Shown: in pieces, positions 19,041 to 30,224 of the stretch
Position numbering within the stretch: position 1 is the stretch's first letter
Layout: each line of letters opens with the position of its first letter
NCBI GenBank assembly: GCA_044342075.1
Contig: JBIIQM010000002.1
Location: 6,610 to 70,609 of the forward strand
Length of the DNA stretch: 64,000 nucleotides
Direction of reading: 5' to 3'
Source: Pirellulales bacterium
GTDB lineage: Bacteria; Planctomycetota; Planctomycetia; Pirellulales; UBA1268
Notes under the pieces: generated by a model
Databases searched by the model: none
What the model was told of the DNA's origin: nothing
The model's input: the letters and a program-made list of their open reading frames with translations, nothing else
Made by a program: the position numbers and the translations under genes

Positions 19041-20330
19041 ATGCCTTCAGGGAAAGACGTCAACAATCTCGGCCGCCGCGGCACCGGGGGCACCACCAAG
19101 AAGAACGCCTTCTGTTCGTTCTGCCGCAAGAGTTACCGGGATGTCGGGCCGCTGGTCGAAGGCCCGGGCGACGTCTACATCTGCGGCGAATGCATCGAGC
19201 TCTGCCAGTCGATCCTCGACCAGGAGAAGCGACGCCGCGGCACGAGCAAACAACTCTTTGCGTCGATCCCCACGCCCCGGGAGATCGTGGCCCACCTCGA
19301 CGAATACGTGATCGGCCAGGAGCACGCCAAGCGGGTGCTCGCCGTGGCCGTCCACAGCCATTACAAGCGGCTCACGCTCGGCAGCGAGGGTTCCGACGTC
19401 GAGGTCGAGAAGTCCAACATCCTCCTGCTCGGCCCCACGGGCTGCGGCAAGACGCTCCTGGCCCGCACGCTTGCGAAGATGTTGAACGTGCCCTTCGCCA
19501 TCGGCGACGCGACCACGCTCACCGAGGCCGGCTACGTGGGCGAGGACGTGGAAAACCTGCTCCTGAAGCTGCTCAACGCGGCCGACTTCGACATCGAAGC
19601 CGCCCAGCGGGGCGTGCTCTACATCGACGAGATCGACAAGATCGGCAAGACGAGCCAAAACGTCTCGATCACCCGCGACGTCTCGGGCGAGGGCGTGCAG
19701 CAGGCGCTGCTCAAGATGCTCGAAGGCACCGTGGCCAACGTGCCCCCGCAGGGCGGCCGTAAGCACCCCGAGCAGCAATACATCCAGATCGACACCTCGA
19801 ACATCCTCTTCATCTGCGGCGGCACGTTCGTCGGCATCGACAAGATCATCGGCAAGCGGCTCGGCCGCAAGACGATCGGCTTCGGCCAGCCGTCCGGACA
19901 CAAGGGGGATGCGACGCTCGCGGAACTCCTGCCGCAGGTCGATTCCGACGACATCCTCGAGTTTGGGCTCATCCCGGAACTCGTCGGCCGGTTGCCCGTG
20001 ATCTCGTCGCTCAAGCCGCTCGACGACAAGGCCCTCGTGCAGGTGCTCAAGGACCCGAAGAACGCACTCGTGAAGCAGTATCAGAAGCTCTTCGGCATGG
20101 AGAACTGCCAGCTCGAGTTCACCGATGAGGCGCTTTATGCGATCGCCCGCAAGGCGATGAAGAAAGACACCGGCGCCCGCGGCCTGCGGTCGATCATCGA
20201 GGATGTCATGCTCGACGTGATGTTCGAGCTGCCCGATCATTCCGGCAGCTCCTACGTGATCACCGAGCGCAACGTCGAGGGCGTCGAGCCGGTCGTGCCG
20301 ATCCGCGAAGCCCGCACGAAGAGCGCGTAA
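19041..20330 (+). CDS. clpX: ATP-dependent Clp protease ATP-binding subunit ClpX
   Basis: 429 aa. Zinc finger CSFCRKS...[10 protein letters not shown], Walker [42 protein letters not shown]. Purine-rich RBS before the ATG at 19041. Confidence 0.95.
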   Translation: MPSGKDVNNLGRRGTGGTTKKNAFCSFCRKSYRDVGPLVEGPGDVYICGECIELCQSILDQEKRRRGTSKQLFASIPTPREIVAHLDEYVIGQEHAKRVLAVAVHSHYKRLTLGSEGSDVEVEKSNILLLGPTGCGKTLLARTLAKMLNVPFAIGDATTLTEAGYVGEDVENLLLKLLNAADFDIEAAQRGVLYIDEIDKIGKTSQNVSITRDVSGEGVQQALLKMLEGTVANVPPQGGRKHPEQQYIQIDTSNILFICGGTFVGIDKIIGKRLGRKTIGFGQPSGHKGDATLAELLPQVDSDDILEFGLIPELVGRLPVISSLKPLDDKALVQVLKDPKNALVKQYQKLFGMENCQLEFTDEALYAIARKAMKKDTGARGLRSIIEDVMLDVMFELPDHSGSSYVITERNVEGVEPVVPIREARTKSA

Positions 20331-20333
20331 TCG

Positions 20334-21002
20334 CTACGCGCCGTCGAGGATTCTCGCCGCGTCGCCGACGCCGAGCCGCGTGCAGCCCATGTCGAGATAC
20401 ATGACGGCATCATCCCAGGTGCGGATGCCGCCCGAGGCCTTCACGCCGAGCCGGCCGCCGACGGTGTCGAGCATGATCCGCACGGCGTCCGGCGTGGCCC
20501 CGTCCGTGCCGTAGCCGGTCGATGTCTTCACGAAGTCGGCTCCCGCCTGTTCGGCGAGCCGACAGGCCGTCGCGATCTCGTCAGGCGCGAGGAAGCAGGT
20601 CTCGAGGATCACCTTCACGAGGCCGCCGCCGCGTTTCGCCTCGGCGACCACCGCCGCGATGTCGTCGCGAACGCTCTCGTGATCCCCCGACAGAAACCGG
20701 CCGATGTTCATCACCATGTCGAGTTCGCGGGCGCCGTCGGCCAGCGCCAGCCGCGCCTCGAGCGCCTTCGTTTCTGGCCGGTGGCTGCCGTGCGGAAATC
20801 CGATCACGCTCGCCACCGTCACCGGGCTGCCCGCCACGAGCCGCGCGGCGGCCGCGACGTCGCACGGTCGCACGCAGATGCAGCCGACGCCGCGGTTGAC
20901 GCACATGGCGGCGTGGGCCGCGAGATCGCTCGATGTGTATTCGGGCCTGAGGACCGCGTGGTCGAGCGCTCGCGCGACGGCTGCGGCGGTGAAGGGGGGC
21001 AT
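20334..21002 (-). CDS. deoC: deoxyribose-phosphate aldolase
   Basis: 222 aa: VASVIGFPHG, LDMVMNIG, ADFVKTSTGY, GVKASGGIRT. Confidence 0.85.
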   Translation of the reverse strand: MPPFTAAAVARALDHAVLRPEYTSSDLAAHAAMCVNRGVGCICVRPCDVAAAARLVAGSPVTVASVIGFPHGSHRPETKALEARLALADGARELDMVMNIGRFLSGDHESVRDDIAAVVAEAKRGGGLVKVILETCFLAPDEIATACRLAEQAGADFVKTSTGYGTDGATPDAVRIMLDTVGGRLGVKASGGIRTWDDAVMYLDMGCTRLGVGDAARILDGA

Positions 21003-21018
21003 GCGAGGGAGGGGCGGT

Positions 21019-22125
21019 CTACGTGGCGAGCCGGCGGAGGGCCGCGATGCCGCGGTCGAGCATCGCGTCGCTCACGGTGTAGGCGATCCGGAAGTGGGTG
21101 TCGGCCGCTCCGAAGACGCTGCCCGGCACGACGAGCAGTTTCTCCTGCTCGACGGCCCGCTCGGCGAACGCCTTGCCGGAGCCGCCCGGGGCCTCGGGAT
21201 ACAGATAGAAGGCGCCTCCCGGCTGCACGAAGCGGTAATGGCCGCGGAGCCCATCCATGAGCTTGTCGCGCTTGCGGCGGCATTCGGCGAGCGGCACGTC
21301 CATCGGCGCGTCGAGGGCGGCGAGCGCGGCCCACTGGCCCACCTGCGGGGCGCAGACGAACGTGTATTGCTGCAGCATCGTGCAGGCGTCGATGACCGCC
21401 TTTGGACCGTGCACCCAGCCGACGCGCCAGCCGGTCATCGCGTGCGACTTCGAGAAGCCGTCGATTACGACCACCGACTCGGCATGGCGGGCGGGGGAGA
21501 CGAACGGCGCGTCGTAGCAGTAGGAGCGATAAAGCTCGTCGCTGATGAGCGTCACGCCGTGCCGATCGGCAAGCGCGGCGAGGTCGCGCACGGTGTCGGC
21601 GTCGGCCACCACGCCGGTGGGGTTCGCCGGGGTGTTGAGCAGGATCGCCCGGGTCGCGGGCGTGATCGCGGCCGCCACGCGATCGACGTCGATCCGAAAC
21701 GTGGGCGACGTGTCGATCACCACGCATCGCCCGCCGAGAAACTCCACGAGCGGGCGATACATCACGAACGCCGGCTCGAAGATGATCACCTCGTCGCCGG
21801 GATCGATCAGGGCCATGAGCGCGAGCACGAGCGCTCCGCTCGACCCGCTCGTCACGCAGAGCCGCCGGTCGCCCTGGCCGGTCTCGCGCCGCGCCTGCTC
21901 CTCGAGCCGGTCGCGCAGGGCCGCGATCCCCTGCGTCGGCGTGTAGCCGTTCCGGCCCGCGTCGATCGCCGTCTTGGCCGCCTCGCGGGCGGCGACGGGC
22001 ATCTCGAAATCGGGCTGGCCGATCGAAAGGTTGATCGGGTCCTGGAGCTTCGCCGCGAGGTCGAACACCTTGCGGATGCCCGACGAATCAAAGGCCGCAG
22101 CCCGCTTGGAAATGACGCGAGGCAC
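21019..22125 (-). CDS. class I/II pyridoxal-phosphate aminotransferase (aspartate aminotransferase-like)
   Basis: 368 aa: INLSIGQPDF, NGYTPTQG, LNTPANPTG, DGFSKSHAMTGWRVGW. GTG start at 22125 overlaps the upstream TAG stop by 1 nt. Confidence 0.85.
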   Translation of the reverse strand: MPRVISKRAAAFDSSGIRKVFDLAAKLQDPINLSIGQPDFEMPVAAREAAKTAIDAGRNGYTPTQGIAALRDRLEEQARRETGQGDRRLCVTSGSSGALVLALMALIDPGDEVIIFEPAFVMYRPLVEFLGGRCVVIDTSPTFRIDVDRVAAAITPATRAILLNTPANPTGVVADADTVRDLAALADRHGVTLISDELYRSYCYDAPFVSPARHAESVVVIDGFSKSHAMTGWRVGWVHGPKAVIDACTMLQQYTFVCAPQVGQWAALAALDAPMDVPLAECRRKRDKLMDGLRGHYRFVQPGGAFYLYPEAPGGSGKAFAERAVEQEKLLVVPGSVFGAADTHFRIAYTVSDAMLDRGIAALRRLAT

Positions 22126-23300
22126 TAGCCAGCTTTCCCGAAGATTTTGTCGAGCTGCTCGCCGAGTTTTTCGCCGCGGGCGTTGAGTGTGATCACGTTG
22201 CCGTCGCGGCCGATCAGGATGACGGTGGGAATCCCGCTGATGCCGTAGAAGGTCGAGAGCGGATGACGCCAGCCTTCGCCTTCGGGCTTTTCGTAGAGGA
22301 TCGGCCACGGGATCTTCTGGTCGGTGACGAATTTCTCGAGCGCCTCGCGGTCTTCGTCGAGGCTGACGCCCACCACCTCGAAGCCCTTGTCGTGATACTT
22401 CTCATACTGCTCGAGCACGTTGGGGATCTCGGCGACGCAGGGGCCGCACCAGGTGGCCCAGAAATCGACGAGCACCACCTTGCCGGCGAGCGTTTTCTGA
22501 TCGAACGGCTTGCCGTTCAGGAGCGTTCCCTTGATCTCCATCGGGTGCCCCGGGAGCGACAGCCGTCGCAGCGTGCCGGCAAAACTCTCCCCCATCGCGC
22601 GGATCTGCTCGTTGCCGCTCTTGGCGAAGAGCGGGCCGAACGACTTGTAGGCCTCGGCGGCGACCTGCTCGCCTCCCGGCAGTTGCTCGAAGGCGCTGGC
22701 CAGCTGCATGGCCAGGCCGGCGGTCTGCGGATCGTCGGGATCGGCGGCGAGCATCTCGCTTGTCTTCTTGACGATCCCCGGGCCGTTTTCCAGCTTGCCG
22801 GTCTGGAACATCTGCTGCGCCTCCGACACCAGCACGAGCCGCTTCGCCTCCTTGGCGAGTTCGGCCGACGGGCTGTTGACGAGCGTCTGGGCATAGGCGG
22901 CCATGTCGGTGGCGGCCTTCTCGTCGCCGAGCCGACCGAGCATCATCAGGCTCTCGAGCTTCATCTTGGCGGCTTCGTCGTGCAGTTTGTCGTTCGGCTT
23001 CACCTGCGCGAGGATCTTGTCGGCGGCCTGCAGCGACACGCCCGCCACCTCCTTCAGGTAGGCCATCATCTCCTGCCGCGACTTGGGGCGGTAATCGCTC
23101 TGCTTGAGGCCGTCGATGAACTTCATCAGCTCTTCGGGGCTCCCTTGTGGCAGCGGCGGCACCTTCGGCGGCCCGGCGGCCTCCTGCTCGGCCACGGCGC
23201 CCGGCTGCCGGGCCACTGCCGGCGCGACCGCCGCGACGACCACGAAAGTGAACAGAACGATGGTCGGGATGAGCGACTGTCGCGCAAGGGCGGAGAACAT
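22125..23300 (-). CDS. TlpA-like thiol:disulfide oxidoreductase (redoxin domain) with long N-terminal helical domain
   Basis: ATG at 23300. Signal/anchor LIPTIVLFTFVVVAAVAPAVA. C-terminal VLVDFWATWCGPCVAEIP and YGISGIPTVILIGRDG. Confidence 0.8.
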   Translation of the reverse strand: MFSALARQSLIPTIVLFTFVVVAAVAPAVARQPGAVAEQEAAGPPKVPPLPQGSPEELMKFIDGLKQSDYRPKSRQEMMAYLKEVAGVSLQAADKILAQVKPNDKLHDEAAKMKLESLMMLGRLGDEKAATDMAAYAQTLVNSPSAELAKEAKRLVLVSEAQQMFQTGKLENGPGIVKKTSEMLAADPDDPQTAGLAMQLASAFEQLPGGEQVAAEAYKSFGPLFAKSGNEQIRAMGESFAGTLRRLSLPGHPMEIKGTLLNGKPFDQKTLAGKVVLVDFWATWCGPCVAEIPNVLEQYEKYHDKGFEVVGVSLDEDREALEKFVTDQKIPWPILYEKPEGEGWRHPLSTFYGISGIPTVILIGRDGNVITLNARGEKLGEQLDKIFGKAG

Positions 23301-23402
23301 GACGGCCTCACTGAATGGAAATGTCGGACCTGAGCCAAAGATCGTAACGGCCCGCCCCGCGCCGGGGCAATCGAAGCGGTCTTCAAGGGGAGGCGAGAAG
23401 GG

Positions 23403-23490
23403 GAGGCGAGCGGGTCGGCGAAAGCTCGCGGAGCATTTGGACCGAGTCTTCGAGGGCCACCGCGACGCGACTTTTGCCGCCCGCGAGCCG
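23403..23490. repeat. 88-nt structured intergenic repeat, copy B
   Basis: Same orientation as copy A. Lies 102 nt upstream of the TlpA-like start and 29 nt before the start of the 23520 gene. Closing stem GCGGGUCGGCGAAAG / CUUUUGCCGCCCGC. Confidence 0.8.
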
Positions 23491-23519
23491 GCTTGGTTTG
23501 CCCGGGCTATACTTATGGC

Positions 23520-23792
23520 ATGAAGTTTCGCAGCGTCATTTTCGTGATCGCGGTGGGCCTGGCGGTCGTGGCGGCCGACGCTTTCGGCTGCCCCAACTGC
23601 AAAGACGCCGTCGCCGGCAGCGATCCCGAGGGGATGAACCTCGCCCGCGGCTACTTCTACAGCATCCTCATCATGCTCGCGATGCCCTTCACGCTCGTCG
23701 GCTCGTTCGGCGCCTACGTGTGGCGCGAGATGCGGCGGCAGAAGCGGGAGGCCTCGTCGATGCCGCCCCTTCCCGATCAACCGCTCTCTTGA
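23520..23792 (+). CDS. small exported/membrane protein with CPNC motif, hypothetical
   Basis: 90 aa. Signal peptide MKFRSVIFVIAVGLAVVAADA, then FGCPNCKD. C-terminal TM helix YFYSILIMLAMPFTLVGSFGAYVW. Confidence 0.5.
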   Translation: MKFRSVIFVIAVGLAVVAADAFGCPNCKDAVAGSDPEGMNLARGYFYSILIMLAMPFTLVGSFGAYVWREMRRQKREASSMPPLPDQPLS

Positions 23793-24840
23793 ACGCCTTG
23801 CCCGACGACCTGCCGGCCTCCGAGCCCGCGGCCAATGCGGCCGCGAAGGAACCGCGGCGTCGGCCTCGCAACTACTTCTCGCGGGGCGACAATCGCCGGC
23901 TGTTCTGGACGTTCATGCCCCCGGCGGTCGTGGTCTTCCTCGCGCTCAGCTGGATCGAGCGGGCATACTTCCACCCTCCGGGCCCGCCGCCGCCCGTCCA
24001 GGTCGATACGGTGCTCAAGTCGGCTGCCGTCGAACGCACGATCGACGACGCCGTGACGATCGAGGCCGAGCCGGAGCCGCTCGTGGCCGAGGCCGAAGAG
24101 CTCGGCGCCTCGTTGCACGCGCTCGAGACGGTGCGCGACGACACCGTCTTTCGCCCTGCGGACGACGAGGCGTGGTTTCAGATCTGGAGCAGGCTGCGGG
24201 CGGGCGACATGCAGGCCATGCGTCGGTCTGACGCGCAGCGGGTGAGTTTCGCGGAGCTCTATGGCCAGCCCCGCAGTTTCCGCGGCCGGCTCGTGCGATT
24301 CAGCGGCACGGTCCATCGGCTTCAGAAGGTGGAGGCCCCGCCGAACAACTACGCCATCGAAGCCTACTGGCAGGCGTGGGTCGAGCCCGACGACGGCCCC
24401 GCGTCGCCCATCGTGGTTTATTTTTACCGGCTGCCCGAGGGCATGCCCCACGGGATCAAGATTCGCGAGCCGGTCGAGGTGATCGGCTACTTCTTCAAGC
24501 GTTGGGCCTACCAGGCCACCGACACGATCCGCACGGCGCCGCTCGTGATGGCGATCGAGCCCATCTGGAAGCCCCACAAGCCACCGGCGCCGGGAGGCAC
24601 GGCGGCCAGCAGCATCGCGCTCTGGACGATCGCCGCGCTCGTGTCGATCACGCTCCTCGCCATGCGGCTGGCCAACTCGGGCGGACGCCGTCGAGAGGAG
24701 CCGCCCCCTTCCGATCTCTCGGCGGCGCTCTCGGACGTCGAGCTCTTTTCCCCGGAAGAAGCCCTGCGCACACTGGCCGCCGCCGACAAAGCCGCTGCCG
24801 GTAAGCCAGCGGATTCATCAGCCCCCAAGGAAGATGCTCC

Positions 24841-24844
<4 letters not shown>
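23789..24844 (+). CDS. bitopic membrane protein, hypothetical (paralogue of the next gene)
   Basis: TTG at 23789 overlaps the upstream stop (TTGA), so the start is uncertain. TM helices at LFWTFMPPAVVVFLALSWI and near the C-terminus. Shares a ...LPEGMPHGIKIREPVEVIGYFFKRWAY block with 24841..26187. Confidence 0.5.
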
Positions 24845-27238
<2,394 letters not shown>

Positions 27239-27259
27239 CCGGCGGGCTTGCCTGTCTTG

Positions 27260-27285
27260 CCCCGTCTTCCGGGGCCGCGTTTTCA
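27260..27285 (+). terminator. possible terminator after mdh
   Basis: GCCCCG-TCTTC-CGGGGC hairpin followed by CGCGTTTTC. The stem is short and the T-tract is weak. Confidence 0.35.
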
Positions 27286-27401
27286 CGCGCAATCCTGCCG
27301 TTGAAGGCGACGGAGCGTTCCACTACAAACCCAGGCGTGCAGGGGTTTTGCGACGTTCGCCGTCGCGCCCCGCCGCGCTTTCCCGTCGCGACAGGTGCCT
27401 G

Positions 27402-28088
27402 ATGAGAAGTCGAATGCCACGCCGCCTCGAGTCTCCTCGGCGCTCCGGCGACGCCAATGCCTGGCTCGGCGACGATCGGCTCTTCACTCCGCTCGGCTAC
27501 GAGCCCGGATACGACTATCCGCTGCTCGTCTGGCTCCCTGATCCGGCGAACGATCGGTTCGACCTCGGCCGCGCGATGAAGCGGGTCAGCCTGCGGAATT
27601 TTCTCGCGGTCGAGCCGGTGCTCGCCGCTGACGATGCCACCGCCGTCGATCGCGAAGACGCCGTCTGGCGTTCGATCGACCGCGTCTGCGACCGCGCGAG
27701 CGTCAATCCTTCGCGCATCTATCTCGTGGGGCAGGGGGGCGGTGGCACCGAAGCCTTCCGGATCGCCTGCCGCCATCCGCAGGCCTTCGGCGGCGTCGTT
27801 TCGCTCGGCGGCGTGTTTCCGCTCGAGGAAGGGCTCTTCTCGCGGCTCTTCGACGTGCGCCGGCTGCCGATGCTGCTCTGCTGCAACCGCGAGGCGTCGC
27901 CCGAAGCCGCCCGCCACACCGATCAGACGCTCCGGCTCTTCCACGCGGCCGGGGCGATGCTCGCCATGCGGATCTACCCCGGTTCCAATCCGCTCTCGAA
28001 GGCGGTGCTCGCCGACATCAACCGCTGGCTGATGGACGAAGTCTGTGGAACATCCGCGCCCGTGGCCGCATCGTGCGGCCGCGAGTGA
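27402..28088 (+). CDS. alpha/beta-hydrolase-fold protein (phospholipase/carboxylesterase-like) lacking the nucleophile serine
   Basis: PLLVWLPDP..., RIYLVGQGGGGTEAF stands where the family has G-x-S-x-G, then GGVVSLGG. ATG at 27402; TTG at 27348 is an alternative. Confidence 0.5.
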   Translation: MRSRMPRRLESPRRSGDANAWLGDDRLFTPLGYEPGYDYPLLVWLPDPANDRFDLGRAMKRVSLRNFLAVEPVLAADDATAVDREDAVWRSIDRVCDRASVNPSRIYLVGQGGGGTEAFRIACRHPQAFGGVVSLGGVFPLEEGLFSRLFDVRRLPMLLCCNREASPEAARHTDQTLRLFHAAGAMLAMRIYPGSNPLSKAVLADINRWLMDEVCGTSAPVAASCGRE

Positions 28089-28128
28089 GGCCTCCGATCC
28101 CGGGGCATCCCTGCCAAGGAAAGCTTGC

Positions 28129-28611
28129 ATGTCTGCCGAGCCCGAAGAGCCCCGCATCCTGCCGATGGTCCGCCCGCGAGGGCTGATCGAGTCGATCGTC
28201 GAGGAGGTGCTCGCGGCGCGGCGCGACCTACCCGTGGGCCCGCGCGGCTGCTCCGTCACGATCGACGTTGCCGACCGCCACGTGCTCCAGGTCGATCCCA
28301 CCGCGATCCGCGCGATCCTCACGCAGCTCGTCTCGGCCGCGCTCGACAACGCCGCCCTCACACAGGCCGGCGAGATGCCCGCGGAGCGCGAGGTCGTGGT
28401 CACGAGCGTCGAATATGCCGACACGATCGAGATCGAGGTGGCCGATTCTGGTCCCGCCGCTCCGCACACCGACTCGGCTACTGTCAAACAGGCCGTGCAG
28501 CCCCTGCTGGAGCAGGTCGGCGGCCGGCTCACCGCCGCGGCCTGCCCCGAGGGCGGGCGGGCGCTGACTCTTTCGCTGCCGCACCGGAGGCTGCGTCGCC
28601 GCGCCGCCTGA
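28129..28611 (+). CDS. stand-alone HATPase_c-like domain protein
   Basis: 160 aa. N-box-like IRAILTQLVSAALDNA, then IEIEVADSGPAAP and GGRLTAAACPEGGRALTLSLP. No DHp/His-phosphotransfer region and no sensor domain. Confidence 0.5.
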   Translation: MSAEPEEPRILPMVRPRGLIESIVEEVLAARRDLPVGPRGCSVTIDVADRHVLQVDPTAIRAILTQLVSAALDNAALTQAGEMPAEREVVVTSVEYADTIEIEVADSGPAAPHTDSATVKQAVQPLLEQVGGRLTAAACPEGGRALTLSLPHRRLRRRAA

Positions 28612-28655
28612 AGGGTGCCGCGGTTTCTATTCGTTTCTCTCAAGAAGGGCCGTGC

Positions 28656-30224
28656 ATGGACGCACACCATTCCTTCCCGCATCCCGGCCGTCGGCCGTTC
28701 GTCTCGCCCGCGCAGGTGATCGCGCTTGGCCTCGTGGCCGCGTCGGTCGGCTGGGCGGCCTGGCTCTTGCGCGACCGCCCGATCCGCGAGGAGACGGAGT
28801 TGCTCGCAGGCAGTGTGCTCCCCTCGTCGGAACTGGCGATCATGGAGGCGGCGTTCGACCGCGCCCAGCTCACCGACTACCGCACCGAAGGCGGGAAGGT
28901 CTACGTACCCCGCAGCCGGCAGAGCGCCTACATGCGGGCGCTCGTCGATGCCGAGGCGTTGCCGCGGGAGTTTGGCGGCAGCCTGCGGCGGGCGCTTGCC
29001 AACAACAGCCCGTGGCAGAGCAAGGCGGTGCAGTCCGAATTGCTGCGCGTGGCCACGCAGGACGAACTCTCGCTCGTGCTCTGTTCGATGCCGGGGATCG
29101 AACGCGCCGCGGTGCTCTACGACGTCGAGGAGCAGGCCGGCCTTGCCGGCGGCACCGTGAAGACGGCGAGCGTGAGCATTCGCACGCAGCCCGATGCCGA
29201 ACTCGACGCCACCCGCGTGCAGGCGATCCGCGTCCTCGTCGCCGCCTCGATCGCGGGTCTCTCCGCCGAACGGGTCGCCGTGACCGACCTACGCAGCGGC
29301 CGCGTCTTCGTCGGCCCGCTCGAGGACGAGGCCGCCGCTGCAGCCGATCCCGCACTTGGCCGGAAGCTCGCCTACGAGCGGGCGTTGGCCTCGAAGGTGC
29401 GGCAGTCGCTGGCGTTCGTGAAGGGGGCGATCGTCGATGTCACCATCGCGTTTGCCGAGCCCGCACCGCCCGTGGAGGCCGCCCCCGTTCCGGCATTGCC
29501 CCCCGCTGAGCCTGCGCAGAAGCCGGCCGACGCCAACGCCCCGGCGGAGATCACGATCGCGCCGGCTTTGGCCCCGGCCCCGGCCCCAGAGGCAAAGCCC
29601 GCGCGACTTGCCCGCGGCGACACGCTCGGCACGGTGCATGTCTCGATCGCGATCCCCGATACCTATCTGCAGGCGGCGCACGCGGCCCGTGAACGGGCCG
29701 GCCAGGGCCTGCCAAGCCGGGCCGCGGTCGAGGCGGCCGAGATCGAGCGGATCCGGTCGCTCGTCGCGCAGATGATGCCCGCCACCGTCGAGCCGGCAGG
29801 CCGGCGCGTGGTGATCACGAGTTTTCCGACAGCCGCGCCGGCGCAGCCGCGGCGCGACGCGTCCCGAACAACGGCGGAACCCGTGGCCGCGGGGAAAGCG
29901 TCCGATCAGAATGTCTCGCTCGCAGAACTGTTTGCCGACTTCACGAGCAGTGACAATCGGTTCGATGCCCGCAAGCTGCCGCGCGAGGTCTGGCTTGCCG
30001 GCTTGAGTGTGTGTGTCGGCCTCCTGGCCGGCATGCTCTGGTGGCTCGGTGCCCGCGGAAGCGACGCCCCGGCCGCGTACGCCGCGCCGCGACGGGCGAG
30101 CCATTCCCGGATCGATTGGTCGCAGGTGGACGAAGGCTCCGGTGACGATTTCGGCGACGATTTCGGCGACGAGGAGCCGGCCAGGGGCGCGGCATCGCGA
30201 CGCGAGAGCAGGGCTGCAGCATGA
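28656..30224 (+). CDS. fliF: flagellar MS-ring protein FliF-like (YscJ/FliF family)
   Basis: 522 aa. N-terminal TM helix (VIALGLVAASVGWAAWLL). LPSSELAIMEAAFDRAQLTDYRTEGGKVYVPRSRQSAYMRALVDAEALP and PGIERAAVLYD...ASVSIRTQP...VQAIRVLVAASIAGLSAERVAVTD match the FliF layout. C-terminal TM helix. Overlaps the next gene by 4 nt. Confidence 0.65.
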   Translation: MDAHHSFPHPGRRPFVSPAQVIALGLVAASVGWAAWLLRDRPIREETELLAGSVLPSSELAIMEAAFDRAQLTDYRTEGGKVYVPRSRQSAYMRALVDAEALPREFGGSLRRALANNSPWQSKAVQSELLRVATQDELSLVLCSMPGIERAAVLYDVEEQAGLAGGTVKTASVSIRTQPDAELDATRVQAIRVLVAASIAGLSAERVAVTDLRSGRVFVGPLEDEAAAAADPALGRKLAYERALASKVRQSLAFVKGAIVDVTIAFAEPAPPVEAAPVPALPPAEPAQKPADANAPAEITIAPALAPAPAPEAKPARLARGDTLGTVHVSIAIPDTYLQAAHAARERAGQGLPSRAAVEAAEIERIRSLVAQMMPATVEPAGRRVVITSFPTAAPAQPRRDASRTTAEPVAAGKASDQNVSLAELFADFTSSDNRFDARKLPREVWLAGLSVCVGLLAGMLWWLGARGSDAPAAYAAPRRASHSRIDWSQVDEGSGDDFGDDFGDEEPARGAASRRESRAAA

